DNA of 60,732 nucleotides, the filler included, from a candidate division WOR-3 bacterium (lineage in GTDB: Bacteria > SDB-A), in the NCBI GenBank assembly GCA_016934535.1. It is 5 parts of 5 records of this genome, joined end to end, with 100 filler letters (N's around TTAATTAATTAA, not from the genome) between each part and the next. Parts side by side here need not be neighbours in the genome. Positions count along the whole stretch, not along the records: positions 1 to 13,879 come from JAFGSQ010000052.1; positions 13,980 to 25,721 come from JAFGSQ010000053.1; 3 more parts are not named here. One strand, 5' to 3'. Below, one piece after another: positions 8,945 through 17,434 of the stretch. Within the stretch, counting starts at the first letter, position 1. The number at the start of each line of letters is the position of its first letter. The position numbers and the translations under genes were made by a program. The notes beneath the pieces are model-generated. The model ran no database searches, was not told the origin of the DNA, and was given only the letters and a program-made list of their open reading frames with translations.

Positions 8945-9807
8945 AAACCGAAATAGTCCTGTCCTATCTCAGAAGGAACAAGCTGCCTCACATCTGGTGC
9001 CCCGGATGCGGCCACGGCATCATCCTGGGTTCTCTCATAAGAGCCATACACAAGACAGGTTGGAAAAAAGACGACATAGCTCTCGTCTCCGGGATAGGCT
9101 GTTCGAGCAGAACTCCAGGATACGTCGACTTTAATACTCTTCACACCACTCACGGAAGATCACTCGCTTTCGCTGCCGGCATTAAATTTTCCAATCCGAA
9201 ACTCAATGTCATATCAGTGATGGGGGACGGCGACGCTGTAGCGATCGGCGGTAATCATTTCATCCACGCCGCGAGAAGAAACCTTAACATCACTGCCCTG
9301 GTGTTCAATAATTACATTTACGGAATGACCGGAGGCCAGTTTTCTCCCACGACTCCCCAAAAAGCCATAGCTTCGACGACTCCTTACGGCAACATTGACG
9401 GTAATTTCGACATTACGGCTCTGGCGACAGGCGCGGGAGCAGGTTTTGTCGCAAGAAGCACCGCGGTGCACGTTCCGGCCCTTGACGACATAATTTTCAA
9501 AGCGCTGACATACGACGGATTCGCTGTCGTCGAGATATTGAGCTTTTGCCACGTTCAATTCGGAAAAAGGAACAAGTTGAAAACATCTTTCAGCATGATA
9601 GACTGGCTGAAAGGTATGACATTACCCTTTACTGCCTACGAAAAACTCGACCCGGAGGCAAGAAAAGACAAAATACCGGTTGGCATTTTCAAGAATGAAC
9701 CGACTGAAGAATATTCAAAAAAATATGAAAAACTTATCGTTGAGCCAAATCAGTCGAAAAACAGTATTTTAAAGGAATATTGCAAAGCAAAGCTTTATGA
9801 TTTATGA
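8941..9807 (+). CDS. korB: 2-oxoacid:ferredoxin oxidoreductase beta subunit (TPP-binding)
   Basis: WCPGCGHG, VSGIGCS, HTTHGR, GDGD...NN, YGMTGGQFSPT. Confidence 0.93.
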   Translation: MKTEIVLSYLRRNKLPHIWCPGCGHGIILGSLIRAIHKTGWKKDDIALVSGIGCSSRTPGYVDFNTLHTTHGRSLAFAAGIKFSNPKLNVISVMGDGDAVAIGGNHFIHAARRNLNITALVFNNYIYGMTGGQFSPTTPQKAIASTTPYGNIDGNFDITALATGAGAGFVARSTAVHVPALDDIIFKALTYDGFAVVEILSFCHVQFGKRNKLKTSFSMIDWLKGMTLPFTAYEKLDPEARKDKIPVGIFKNEPTEEYSKKYEKLIVEPNQSKNSILKEYCKAKLYDL

Positions 9808-10735
9808 TATTTCTTTAAAAACTGTACTTGTTACAGGCGCTGATGGTTTCGTCGGAGGAATGGTTGCGTCAAAATTATCCCGCGACAAACGCTTTAAAAC
9901 AGTCGGAACTTCGCTTTCTGAAGTCTGTGATGAAAAAAAAGAGTTCGATCTTGTCACGATAGATATTACGGATTTCAAAGATGTCAGGAAACTCATCGAA
10001 GAAACCAGACCGGACATTGTCTATCATTTCGCCGCCCAATCTAGCGCAGGATATTCTTTTAGCGACGCTTCGACGACGTTTAAAGTCAATTTTGAAGGTA
10101 CTATTAATTTTCTTGAGACCATGAGGGAAACCGACATAAAATTCATTTACGTATCATCTTCAGAAGTATACGGCGACACGGGAGGAAGAAAAGCGACTGA
10201 AAACGATCTGGTCGCGCCTCTCAGCCCGTATGGAGCGAGCAAGGCCGCGGCTGAAATAGCTGTTTTGCAGTATTCGCGGTCATTCAACATGAATTGCTCG
10301 GTGATCAGACCTTTTCCCCAAGTCGGAAAGGGCCAGAACGGCAGGTTTTTTATCCCGTCAATGGCCAAACAAATAATGGACATTAAAAAAGGCATTCTGG
10401 CGCCAGAGATTAAAACAGGCAATCTAGGACCTGTAAGGACATACATAAGCGTTGAAGACGCAGTAGTTTTTTATCTGGCGATGATAGATAAAGCCCAAAA
10501 GGGAGAGATATACAACCTGGCGGGCAGACAAGACATCAGCCTTCTTCAAATACTTAACATGATGAAAGATATTGCGGGAGTGGAAGCCGAAATAGTTCAA
10601 AGCGACGATTTGCTGAGGGCTTCTGATCCGGAGTTCCAGCTCGGTTCACCGGAAAAAATAGAAAAGACGACGGGCTATACACCAAAAAGAAAAATAGAAG
10701 ATGAGATAAGGGAAATACTGGATAATTACAGATGA
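9797..10735 (+). CDS. NAD-dependent nucleotide-sugar epimerase/dehydratase (GDP-mannose 4,6-dehydratase/Rmd-like SDR)
   Basis: VLVTGADGFVG, HFAAQSS, SSSEVYG, SPYGASK (YxxxK). Confidence 0.85.
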   Translation: MIYDISLKTVLVTGADGFVGGMVASKLSRDKRFKTVGTSLSEVCDEKKEFDLVTIDITDFKDVRKLIEETRPDIVYHFAAQSSAGYSFSDASTTFKVNFEGTINFLETMRETDIKFIYVSSSEVYGDTGGRKATENDLVAPLSPYGASKAAAEIAVLQYSRSFNMNCSVIRPFPQVGKGQNGRFFIPSMAKQIMDIKKGILAPEIKTGNLGPVRTYISVEDAVVFYLAMIDKAQKGEIYNLAGRQDISLLQILNMMKDIAGVEAEIVQSDDLLRASDPEFQLGSPEKIEKTTGYTPKRKIEDEIREILDNYR

Positions 10736-11832
10736 AAATACTTCTTATAAATTGGGGAGACAGAAAAAATCCTTACGGCGGAGGCGCAGAGATACATCTC
10801 GAGGAAATTTTCTCAAGAATAGCACGATCGGGCAATGAAATATATCTTTTGTGTTCAGCATTCGAAGGTTCAAAAAAAGAAGAAGTGATTGACGACATAA
10901 ACATCATTAGGACAGGAAGAAGAGCCACTTTCAATTTTGACGCCAGGAACTTCTACTTAAAAAAATTGTCGAATGAAAAATTTGATCTCCTCGTCGAGGA
11001 TATTAACAAACTCCCGTTTTATTCACCTCTGTGGTCAAAAGTGCCGGTCCTGCCGGTTGTGCCTCATCTGTTCGGCACAACGGTTTTCAGGGAAGCTTCC
11101 GTTCCCCTCGCTTTCTACGTATATCTCTGGGAAAAAGGTCTTTTAAAAGTTTACGGAAAACTCGACATCGAAGTCATATCCGAATCCACAAAAGAAGATC
11201 TCGTCAGGCGCGGATTTGACGGAAACAGGGTGCACGTCATCCACTGCGGAATAGATCATAATGTATACAATCCCGGAGGAAGTAAAAGCGCGACACCTCT
11301 CATAGTCTACGTCGGGAGAATAAAAAAATACAAAAGAGTAGATCTTCCCATCAAAGCCGTAAGTATATTGAAAAAAGATTTTCCTGACATAAAACTCGTC
11401 ATAGTCGGAGAAGGAGACGCTTCGGCGGAACTTAAAAAACTGGCGTCGAAATTGTTGAGACCCGAAGATTACGAATTCACGGGCTTCGTGACCATGGAGG
11501 AAAAGATTTCCTGGATGAGGAAGTCTCACGTAGTCATGAACACTTCTGAAAAAGAGGGTTGGGGACTTACCGGCGTGGAAGCCAATGCGTGCGGCACGGC
11601 TGTCGTCGCGTCCGACTCGCCGGGCATAAGGGATTCAATAATTGACAATTACTCGGGGATTCTCGTAAAACACGGCGACTGCAATGCGCTGGCCGACGCG
11701 GCCGCGTCTTTTCTTAATAACGAAAAATTAAGAAAAACAACAGAAAAAAACGCACTCGAAAGGGTCAAAGAACTCACGTGGGAAAACGCCGCAGAAAAAA
11801 CATCGAAGTTAATTGAAAGAATTTTGACGTGA
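10732..11832 (+). CDS. glycosyltransferase family 4
   Basis: GGGAEIH, YVGRIKKYK, EGWGLTGVEANACG (E-x7-E). Confidence 0.9.
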   Translation: MKILLINWGDRKNPYGGGAEIHLEEIFSRIARSGNEIYLLCSAFEGSKKEEVIDDINIIRTGRRATFNFDARNFYLKKLSNEKFDLLVEDINKLPFYSPLWSKVPVLPVVPHLFGTTVFREASVPLAFYVYLWEKGLLKVYGKLDIEVISESTKEDLVRRGFDGNRVHVIHCGIDHNVYNPGGSKSATPLIVYVGRIKKYKRVDLPIKAVSILKKDFPDIKLVIVGEGDASAELKKLASKLLRPEDYEFTGFVTMEEKISWMRKSHVVMNTSEKEGWGLTGVEANACGTAVVASDSPGIRDSIIDNYSGILVKHGDCNALADAAASFLNNEKLRKTTEKNALERVKELTWENAAEKTSKLIERILT

Positions 11833-12848
11833 AAAAGAAAATAAAAAATCTCGCATTTTTCGCGCTTAAAATGATAATTTCTTCAGCTATCCTTTTTGTC
11901 GTTTTTTTTAAAGTCCAGAAAGATCAAGGCGCGTTGTGGGCTGAATCACACGGCGGGGAAAACCTCTGGCTCGGAATGATCGGTCTCGTCCTGTCGAGCA
12001 ATCCTTTTTTAGTTGCGGCGGCGGTTCTTTCGAACATTGCGGGTATAATGCAGTCCGTTATCAGATGGCACGTTCTTTTGACGTCTCACGGCAATAAAAT
12101 AAAATATTTCACGACAGTAAAAATCCAGTTCATCGGATATCTTTACAACAACATCCTTCCGGCTTCCATAGGCATGGACGCTATAAGAGGAGCCTACGCC
12201 TATTCGATAACAAAAAAGAAAGGCGAGGTTCTCAGTTCTCTTTTAGCGGACCGGTTTTTCGGACTGATAGGCATGATCCTCCTCGGAATAATCTGTTTTC
12301 CGTTTTACTTCAATGTCCATCTTGCTTTCCTTATATTTGCCGTAGAAGTCGGTGTTTTGGTTTGCATGGCGGCTTTTCTTATCCTTTTTTCAAACGACAG
12401 ATTTTTCGCTTTCATAACCGGATATTTCAAAAAGCTCCACATTTTCAAAATAGGATCGAGATTTGTCACGCTATACGAAGCTTTCAAAAATTACACAGAC
12501 AAACCTACAACAGCAGCCAAAGCAATATTCTTTTCGATGCTTCTTCAGCTTTTTCTGACTTTTAACATGTTCTTTCTGGCAAAGGCCTTGAATCTCACCG
12601 GTGTTTCTTTCGGATCTCTACTCGGCTATCTTCCTTTTATAAACATAGTTTCGATGATACCGACACCGGGGGGACTGGGTCCGAGAGAGGCGTCCGTTGT
12701 GCTCCTGCTCGGAAACGCCGGCTGTTCGTCTGCGGAAGCTCTTACGCTTTCTCTTTTTTATTACACAGTCTCACTGGCCGTCAGTCTCAGCGGTCTCGTC
12801 TTTTTGCCTATGATGAAGTTCGGCAAAGGAGGAATGGATGAAGTTTGA
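11829..12848 (+). CDS. lysylphosphatidylglycerol synthase TM-region / flippase-like membrane protein
   Basis: Multiple TM segments; RW, NNILPASIGMD, DR, PTPGGLGPRE motifs. Confidence 0.8.
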   Translation: MKKKIKNLAFFALKMIISSAILFVVFFKVQKDQGALWAESHGGENLWLGMIGLVLSSNPFLVAAAVLSNIAGIMQSVIRWHVLLTSHGNKIKYFTTVKIQFIGYLYNNILPASIGMDAIRGAYAYSITKKKGEVLSSLLADRFFGLIGMILLGIICFPFYFNVHLAFLIFAVEVGVLVCMAAFLILFSNDRFFAFITGYFKKLHIFKIGSRFVTLYEAFKNYTDKPTTAAKAIFFSMLLQLFLTFNMFFLAKALNLTGVSFGSLLGYLPFINIVSMIPTPGGLGPREASVVLLLGNAGCSSAEALTLSLFYYTVSLAVSLSGLVFLPMMKFGKGGMDEV

Positions 12849-13764
12849 TTACACGGTGATAATACCCGCCTGCAACGAAGAAGAAAATATGAATGAACTT
12901 TTTGCGAATCTCACTGCTCTCGAAAAAAAAAGCGAAATAAAATTTGAAGCCGTTATAGTAGACGACGGCAGTACTGACAACACTCCGGCTCTCGCCGACG
13001 AATTGGCTCAAGGAAAAGAATGGATAAAAGTAATACATCATCCGAGGAGACTCGGCATAACAAAGGCGCTCGAGGCGGGTCAGGAAGCCGCGGGGTCTGA
13101 CGTTTTCGTTTTTTTTCCAGCGGATCTTCAGTTCGACGTCGAAGACATTCCGAGAATGGCTGAGCCCGTGGTAAAAGGAATTTACGACATAGTCACCGGG
13201 GCAAAAATAGGAAAATACGAAAAGAAATTCGTATCGGGCATATACAACACGCTGGGCAAAATGCTGTTCAAAATACCGGTTAAAGACATGAATTCAGTCA
13301 AAGCCTACAACCGCAAATCAGTCCTTTCCATACCTTTGAGAAAGGAATGGCACAGGTACATAGTTATTCTCGCCCACGAATCGGGAGCAAAAATAGGAGA
13401 AATTGAAGTAAAACTCTATCCGAGAAAAAGCGGGAAATCTAAATTCACACCACTTAGAATACCCGTGGGACTTCTCGACCTTTTGGGTGTTTTTTCTGAA
13501 GTCAGGATAATGAAAAAACCGATGCTCGTCTTCGGTACGATGGGAATAATCTCGATGGCTTCAGGAGCCGTCGTCGCTTTAACCGCCCTTGTCCTGAGGA
13601 TTTTATCTCACGGCTACAGACCTCTTCTTTACCTCGTTATATTGCTTGTCCTCGGAGGTTTTTTGTCATTCATGCTTGGAATAGTCGGAGAAAAGCTAGC
13701 CGGTATTTCGAAGAGGCAGGAAATGATTCTCAAAAAGCTCGACCGGATCAGCAGAAAAGACTGA
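12838..13764 (+). CDS. glycosyltransferase family 2 (polyprenyl-phosphate glycosyltransferase-like, two C-terminal TMs)
   Basis: VIIPACNEEEN, VDDGSTD, ADLQ, two C-terminal hydrophobic helices. Confidence 0.85.
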   Translation: MKFDYTVIIPACNEEENMNELFANLTALEKKSEIKFEAVIVDDGSTDNTPALADELAQGKEWIKVIHHPRRLGITKALEAGQEAAGSDVFVFFPADLQFDVEDIPRMAEPVVKGIYDIVTGAKIGKYEKKFVSGIYNTLGKMLFKIPVKDMNSVKAYNRKSVLSIPLRKEWHRYIVILAHESGAKIGEIEVKLYPRKSGKSKFTPLRIPVGLLDLLGVFSEVRIMKKPMLVFGTMGIISMASGAVVALTALVLRILSHGYRPLLYLVILLVLGGFLSFMLGIVGEKLAGISKRQEMILKKLDRISRKD

Positions 13765-13792
13765 TAAATAAAATTTCTATATTTAAAAATAC

Positions 13793-13879
13793 AATTTCTA
13801 CCACGAAGTTATAAAATTTGTGATACAAATTTTATAAAGAAATATTTCTTTATGATTTTCTTCACTTCGTGAAGGAAAA
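13793..13879. repeat. Intergenic hairpin-rich element related to the 42484-42610 array, runs into contig end
   Basis: AATTTCTACCACGAAG, 13-bp stem TTATAAAATTTGT/ACAAATTTTATAA, palindrome ATAAAGAAATATTTCTTTAT, inverted CTTCGTG. Confidence 0.55.
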
Positions 13880-13979
13880 NNNNNNNNNNNNNNNNNNNNN
13901 NNNNNNNNNNNNNNNNNNNNNNNTTAATTAATTAANNNNNNNNNNNNNNNNNNNNNNNNNNNNNNNNNNNNNNNNNNNN
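13880..13979. other. Artificial contig-join spacer
   Basis: N44-TTAATTAATTAA-N44, identical at four positions; stop codons in all six frames. Confidence 0.97.
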
Positions 13980-14063
13980 AGGATCTGGTGGTCCAGCTGG
14001 TCTTCAAAACCAGTAGCGGCCGGATAAAACCGTCCGTGGCAGGTTCGATTCCTGCCCTCTCTG
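13980..14063 (+). tRNA. selC: tRNA-Sec (anticodon TCA), 5' end missing at contig start
   Basis: D stem GGATC-TGGT-GGTCC, 6-bp anticodon stem GCTGGT/ACCAGT with loop CTTCAAA, long variable arm, T arm GCAGG-TTCGATT-CCTGC; directly upstream of selA and selB. Confidence 0.92.
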
Positions 14064-14089
14064 TTTGTAAATCTTTAACCGGACGGTGT

Positions 14090-15502
14090 TTGATCAAAAA
14101 GGAAATATCAGAAATAAGAAGGATCCCGAGCGTCGAAGCGTTTCTAAAAACTCCAGAGTATGTAAAGATGTCTGAAAAATACGGGAGGAACGCTTTAGTA
14201 TATTCAGTCAGATCCGCTTTGGACGAAATCAAAAAAAGCGAAGATCCGGGTTTGATTGATGATATAGAAAAAGAAACGCTTGCAAGAACACGTAAAAAAC
14301 TCTTTAAAATCTTTGATTCCGGACTGCGTGAAGTGATAAACGCGACCGGTGTTGTCATACATACAAATCTCGGCAGATCCTCTCTCGGAGAGGAGGTCGT
14401 CAGAGAGATGTCGAGTGTTTTGACGGGATACTGCGATCTGGAATTTGATCTTTCCAGGGGAGAGCGGGGGAAAAGAACCGAATGTGTGGAAGAAGCTTTG
14501 AAATTCCTGACAGGCGCTGAAGCCGTCGCCGTAGTCAACAACAACGCGGCCGCTTTGATGCTTGTTCTAAGCGTGTTTGCCCGAAAAAAAGAAGTCGTTG
14601 TATCAAGAGGCGAACTTGTTGAAATAGGCGGATCTTTCAGAATACCTGAAATTCTAAACGCTTCGGGCGCAAAAATGGTCGAAGTCGGCACGACGAACAG
14701 AACCAGGATATCGGATTATTCACAGGCTATAGGTCCGAGAACGGCAATGTTATTGAAAGTGCATAAATCAAACTATGTTATAAAAGGCTTTACGGAAGAA
14801 GTTCCGCTTGAAAAACTGACAGAACTGTCAAAGAAAAAACAGGTTCCTCTGCTTTTCGATCTTGGATCCGGATGTGTCAACAACAGGATTCACAGGATAT
14901 TTGCTCAAGAACCGGACGTCAAAAGCGCTGTCCTTTCGGGAGCGGATTTTGTCTGCTTCAGCGGAGATAAGCTTTTCGGAGGTCCGCAGGCGGGAATTAT
15001 TTGCGGAAGAAAAGAGAACATAGACAGGCTGAAGAAGGCTCCGTTGATGAGAGCGTTGAGAGTCGGAAAACTGACACTTTCGGCACTCGGTTCAGTTTCG
15101 GTCAGGCATGCAGTAACTTCAAGCGTCCCTGAGGGCGTTCCGGTTTTGAGAATGATGACATCAGATCCTGAAGGCGTCAAAGCAAAAGCGACAAAATTGG
15201 CCGATTTGATCGTTCAGAGGGGTTTACAGGCGCGGATCGAGAAAAGCGCTGGCAAAAGCGGGGGAGGTTCCCTCGCCGATTTGGACATTGAAAGCTATTG
15301 CGCGATTGTAGAGTTTTCGGATAAAAAAGATAAGAAAAAAGCCCAGAGGATATATAATGGACTGATGGCGATGAAAAAACCTGTCGTCGCCGTTCTCAGA
15401 AAAGGGGAGCTCGCTTTCGACGTATTGACGGTCGAAGAAAAAGACCTGAAATACATAGCGGATTCCACAGGCTCGATATATGAAACGCTTCAAGAGATAT
15501 AA
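14090..15502 (+). CDS. selA: L-seryl-tRNA(Sec) selenium transferase
   Basis: VINATGVVIHTNLGRS, VVNNNAAA, SRGELVEIGGSFRIP, FSGDKLFGGPQAG, RALRVGK; start moved to TTG 14090 because the 13988 start lies inside the tRNA. Confidence 0.95.
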   Translation: MIKKEISEIRRIPSVEAFLKTPEYVKMSEKYGRNALVYSVRSALDEIKKSEDPGLIDDIEKETLARTRKKLFKIFDSGLREVINATGVVIHTNLGRSSLGEEVVREMSSVLTGYCDLEFDLSRGERGKRTECVEEALKFLTGAEAVAVVNNNAAALMLVLSVFARKKEVVVSRGELVEIGGSFRIPEILNASGAKMVEVGTTNRTRISDYSQAIGPRTAMLLKVHKSNYVIKGFTEEVPLEKLTELSKKKQVPLLFDLGSGCVNNRIHRIFAQEPDVKSAVLSGADFVCFSGDKLFGGPQAGIICGRKENIDRLKKAPLMRALRVGKLTLSALGSVSVRHAVTSSVPEGVPVLRMMTSDPEGVKAKATKLADLIVQRGLQARIEKSAGKSGGGSLADLDIESYCAIVEFSDKKDKKKAQRIYNGLMAMKKPVVAVLRKGELAFDVLTVEEKDLKYIADSTGSIYETLQEI

Positions 15503-15505
15503 AAG

Positions 15506-17434
15506 TTGAAACATTTCATCATGGGAACGGCGGGGCATATTGACCACGGAAAAACCCTGCTGGTCAAAGCCCTGACTGGGATTGACTGCGACACTCACGC
15601 CGAAGAGAAAAAAAGAGGAATAACCATACATCTCGGGTTCGCGCACCTGGATTTTGCATCAGGTGAAAAAGTAGGAATCGTTGATATGCCCGGGCACAAA
15701 GATTTTATTCACACTATGGTTTCCGGGGCAAGCGGTATTGACATAGCGCTTTTGGTAATTTCAGCCGACAGCGGCATTATGCCCCAGACCAGAGAGCACC
15801 TCTGGATAATGCAGACCCTGGGAATTGCAAAAGGTCTTGTCGCGATGACAAAGACGGACATAGTGGATGCGGAAACGGCCGAAATTGCGGAGGACGACAT
15901 AAGATCTTTCACCGCGGGAACTTTTCTCGAAAACTGCCCGGTTGTGCGGGTCTCTTCGGTTACAGGCAGCGGAATCGAAGCCCTGAGAAAGGAAATTCAC
16001 AGACTGATAGAGGGAACTGAACCGAGATCGGGTGAAGGTATTTTCAGGATGTACCCCGACAGAATATTCAGTGTTCCGGGTTTCGGAAGCGTACTCACCG
16101 GCTCCGTGATTGAAGGAAAAATCAGAAAAGATGCAAAACTGTTCATGCTTCCCGGCGCTAAAAAAGAATACAGAATAAGGCGTATGGAAAGGCACGGCTC
16201 TGAAGCCGATGAAATATACGCCGGCGACAGAGCTTCGATAAATCTGGCCGGATTGGAGCGGGAAGAATTCGTCAAGGGTAACCTTTTATCGGACAGGGAT
16301 CTGGCTCAGACTAAAATGCTGGACGCCAGGATTTCTTTGTTCAGGGACGGACGAAAGATTCATGTATGGTCTAACGCAATATTTCTTATAGGAACACATG
16401 AACAGCAGGCGAGAATTCACTTGCTCAGCGCGGACGTTCTGAAACCGGGAGACTCCGGAGACGTTCAAATGCACCTGTCAAAGCCGATAGCGGCAAGATA
16501 CGGCGACAGATTCATAATAAGGAGCACGTCTGACGACTGCACTTTAGGAGGGGGTTTCGTGGCTGATGTTTTCCCGTTACATCACAGGAGGAGGACGGCG
16601 AAGCTTAAGGAAAAAGCGGCAGAAATCGCCGCAGGCGGAGTGGCGTTTGCCGTTGTCGAAGAGATCAACAAAAAAGGCGGAGTCGCCAGATTGTCCGACG
16701 TCTCCAATTCAATGAACATTCACGAAAATCATATTTTAAAGGCTCTCGATTCGGGCAGGGGGAAGATCATGGTCTTGCTGCCTTATAAAAACGATTTCAT
16801 AATAATAAAAAAAGAAGAAGAAATTTCAGTCAGAAAAAGGATACCGTCCCTGATAAACGGTTTTACTGAAAAAAATCCTCTGCTGAACAGAGGTCCGAGC
16901 CTCGAGGAAATAAAAGGTGCGGCTTATGCGAGAAAGAATAATGTCTTTGCGGACCTTCTTGCCCTGATACTCGAAGACATGAGAAAAAAAGGTGAAATAG
17001 AGAAAAAGGGCGAGAACTGGTCCGTCACCGGCAAAAAGGACGGATTGGACCCCAGACTTTTGTCGCAGGTCGAGACAATGGAGAAATTTCTCGAAGAATC
17101 AGGCGTCAAAGTTCCTAGGTACGAAGAATTGGCCGAATACGGGGGACGGTTCAATATATCTGAAAAAGAATTGAAGCTCGTTTTGAATTATCTCGTGCAG
17201 ACCAAAAAAGCTCACAGAATAGAAGGCGAATATATTTCGGCTAAAATCGCGGACAAGGCCAAAAAGTTACTGAAAAAAGCGATGGAAGGCGCCGAAAACG
17301 GCATAACCGTTGCCCAGTTCAGGGACCTGATGGACGCAAACAGAAAACTGTGCCTTCTTCTCTTCGCACTGTTCGACAGTGAAGGTTTCACCGTCCGCAG
17401 GGGAGATGTTCGGTTTATCAAAAAAAATATCTGA
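15506..17434 (+). CDS. selB: selenocysteine-specific translation elongation factor
   Basis: GTAGHIDHGKT, EEKKRGITIHLGF, DMPGH, C-terminal winged-helix end FRDLMDANRK...FDSEGFTVRRGDVR. Confidence 0.95.
   Translation: MKHFIMGTAGHIDHGKTLLVKALTGIDCDTHAEEKKRGITIHLGFAHLDFASGEKVGIVDMPGHKDFIHTMVSGASGIDIALLVISADSGIMPQTREHLWIMQTLGIAKGLVAMTKTDIVDAETAEIAEDDIRSFTAGTFLENCPVVRVSSVTGSGIEALRKEIHRLIEGTEPRSGEGIFRMYPDRIFSVPGFGSVLTGSVIEGKIRKDAKLFMLPGAKKEYRIRRMERHGSEADEIYAGDRASINLAGLEREEFVKGNLLSDRDLAQTKMLDARISLFRDGRKIHVWSNAIFLIGTHEQQARIHLLSADVLKPGDSGDVQMHLSKPIAARYGDRFIIRSTSDDCTLGGGFVADVFPLHHRRRTAKLKEKAAEIAAGGVAFAVVEEINKKGGVARLSDVSNSMNIHENHILKALDSGRGKIMVLLPYKNDFIIIKKEEEISVRKRIPSLINGFTEKNPLLNRGPSLEEIKGAAYARKNNVFADLLALILEDMRKKGEIEKKGENWSVTGKKDGLDPRLLSQVETMEKFLEESGVKVPRYEELAEYGGRFNISEKELKLVLNYLVQTKKAHRIEGEYISAKIADKAKKLLKKAMEGAENGITVAQFRDLMDANRKLCLLLFALFDSEGFTVRRGDVRFIKKNI

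Noticed and set aside
13880-13979. TTAATTAATTAA palindrome flanked by N runs, four copies in the window
   Set aside because: Identical 100-nt artificial linker with stops in six frames; not biological. Gene neighbourhoods across it were not interpreted.
13988-14089. N-terminal extension of SelA in the ORF track (504 aa)
   Set aside because: It is the translation of the tRNA-Sec gene; TTG at 14090 is the more plausible start.
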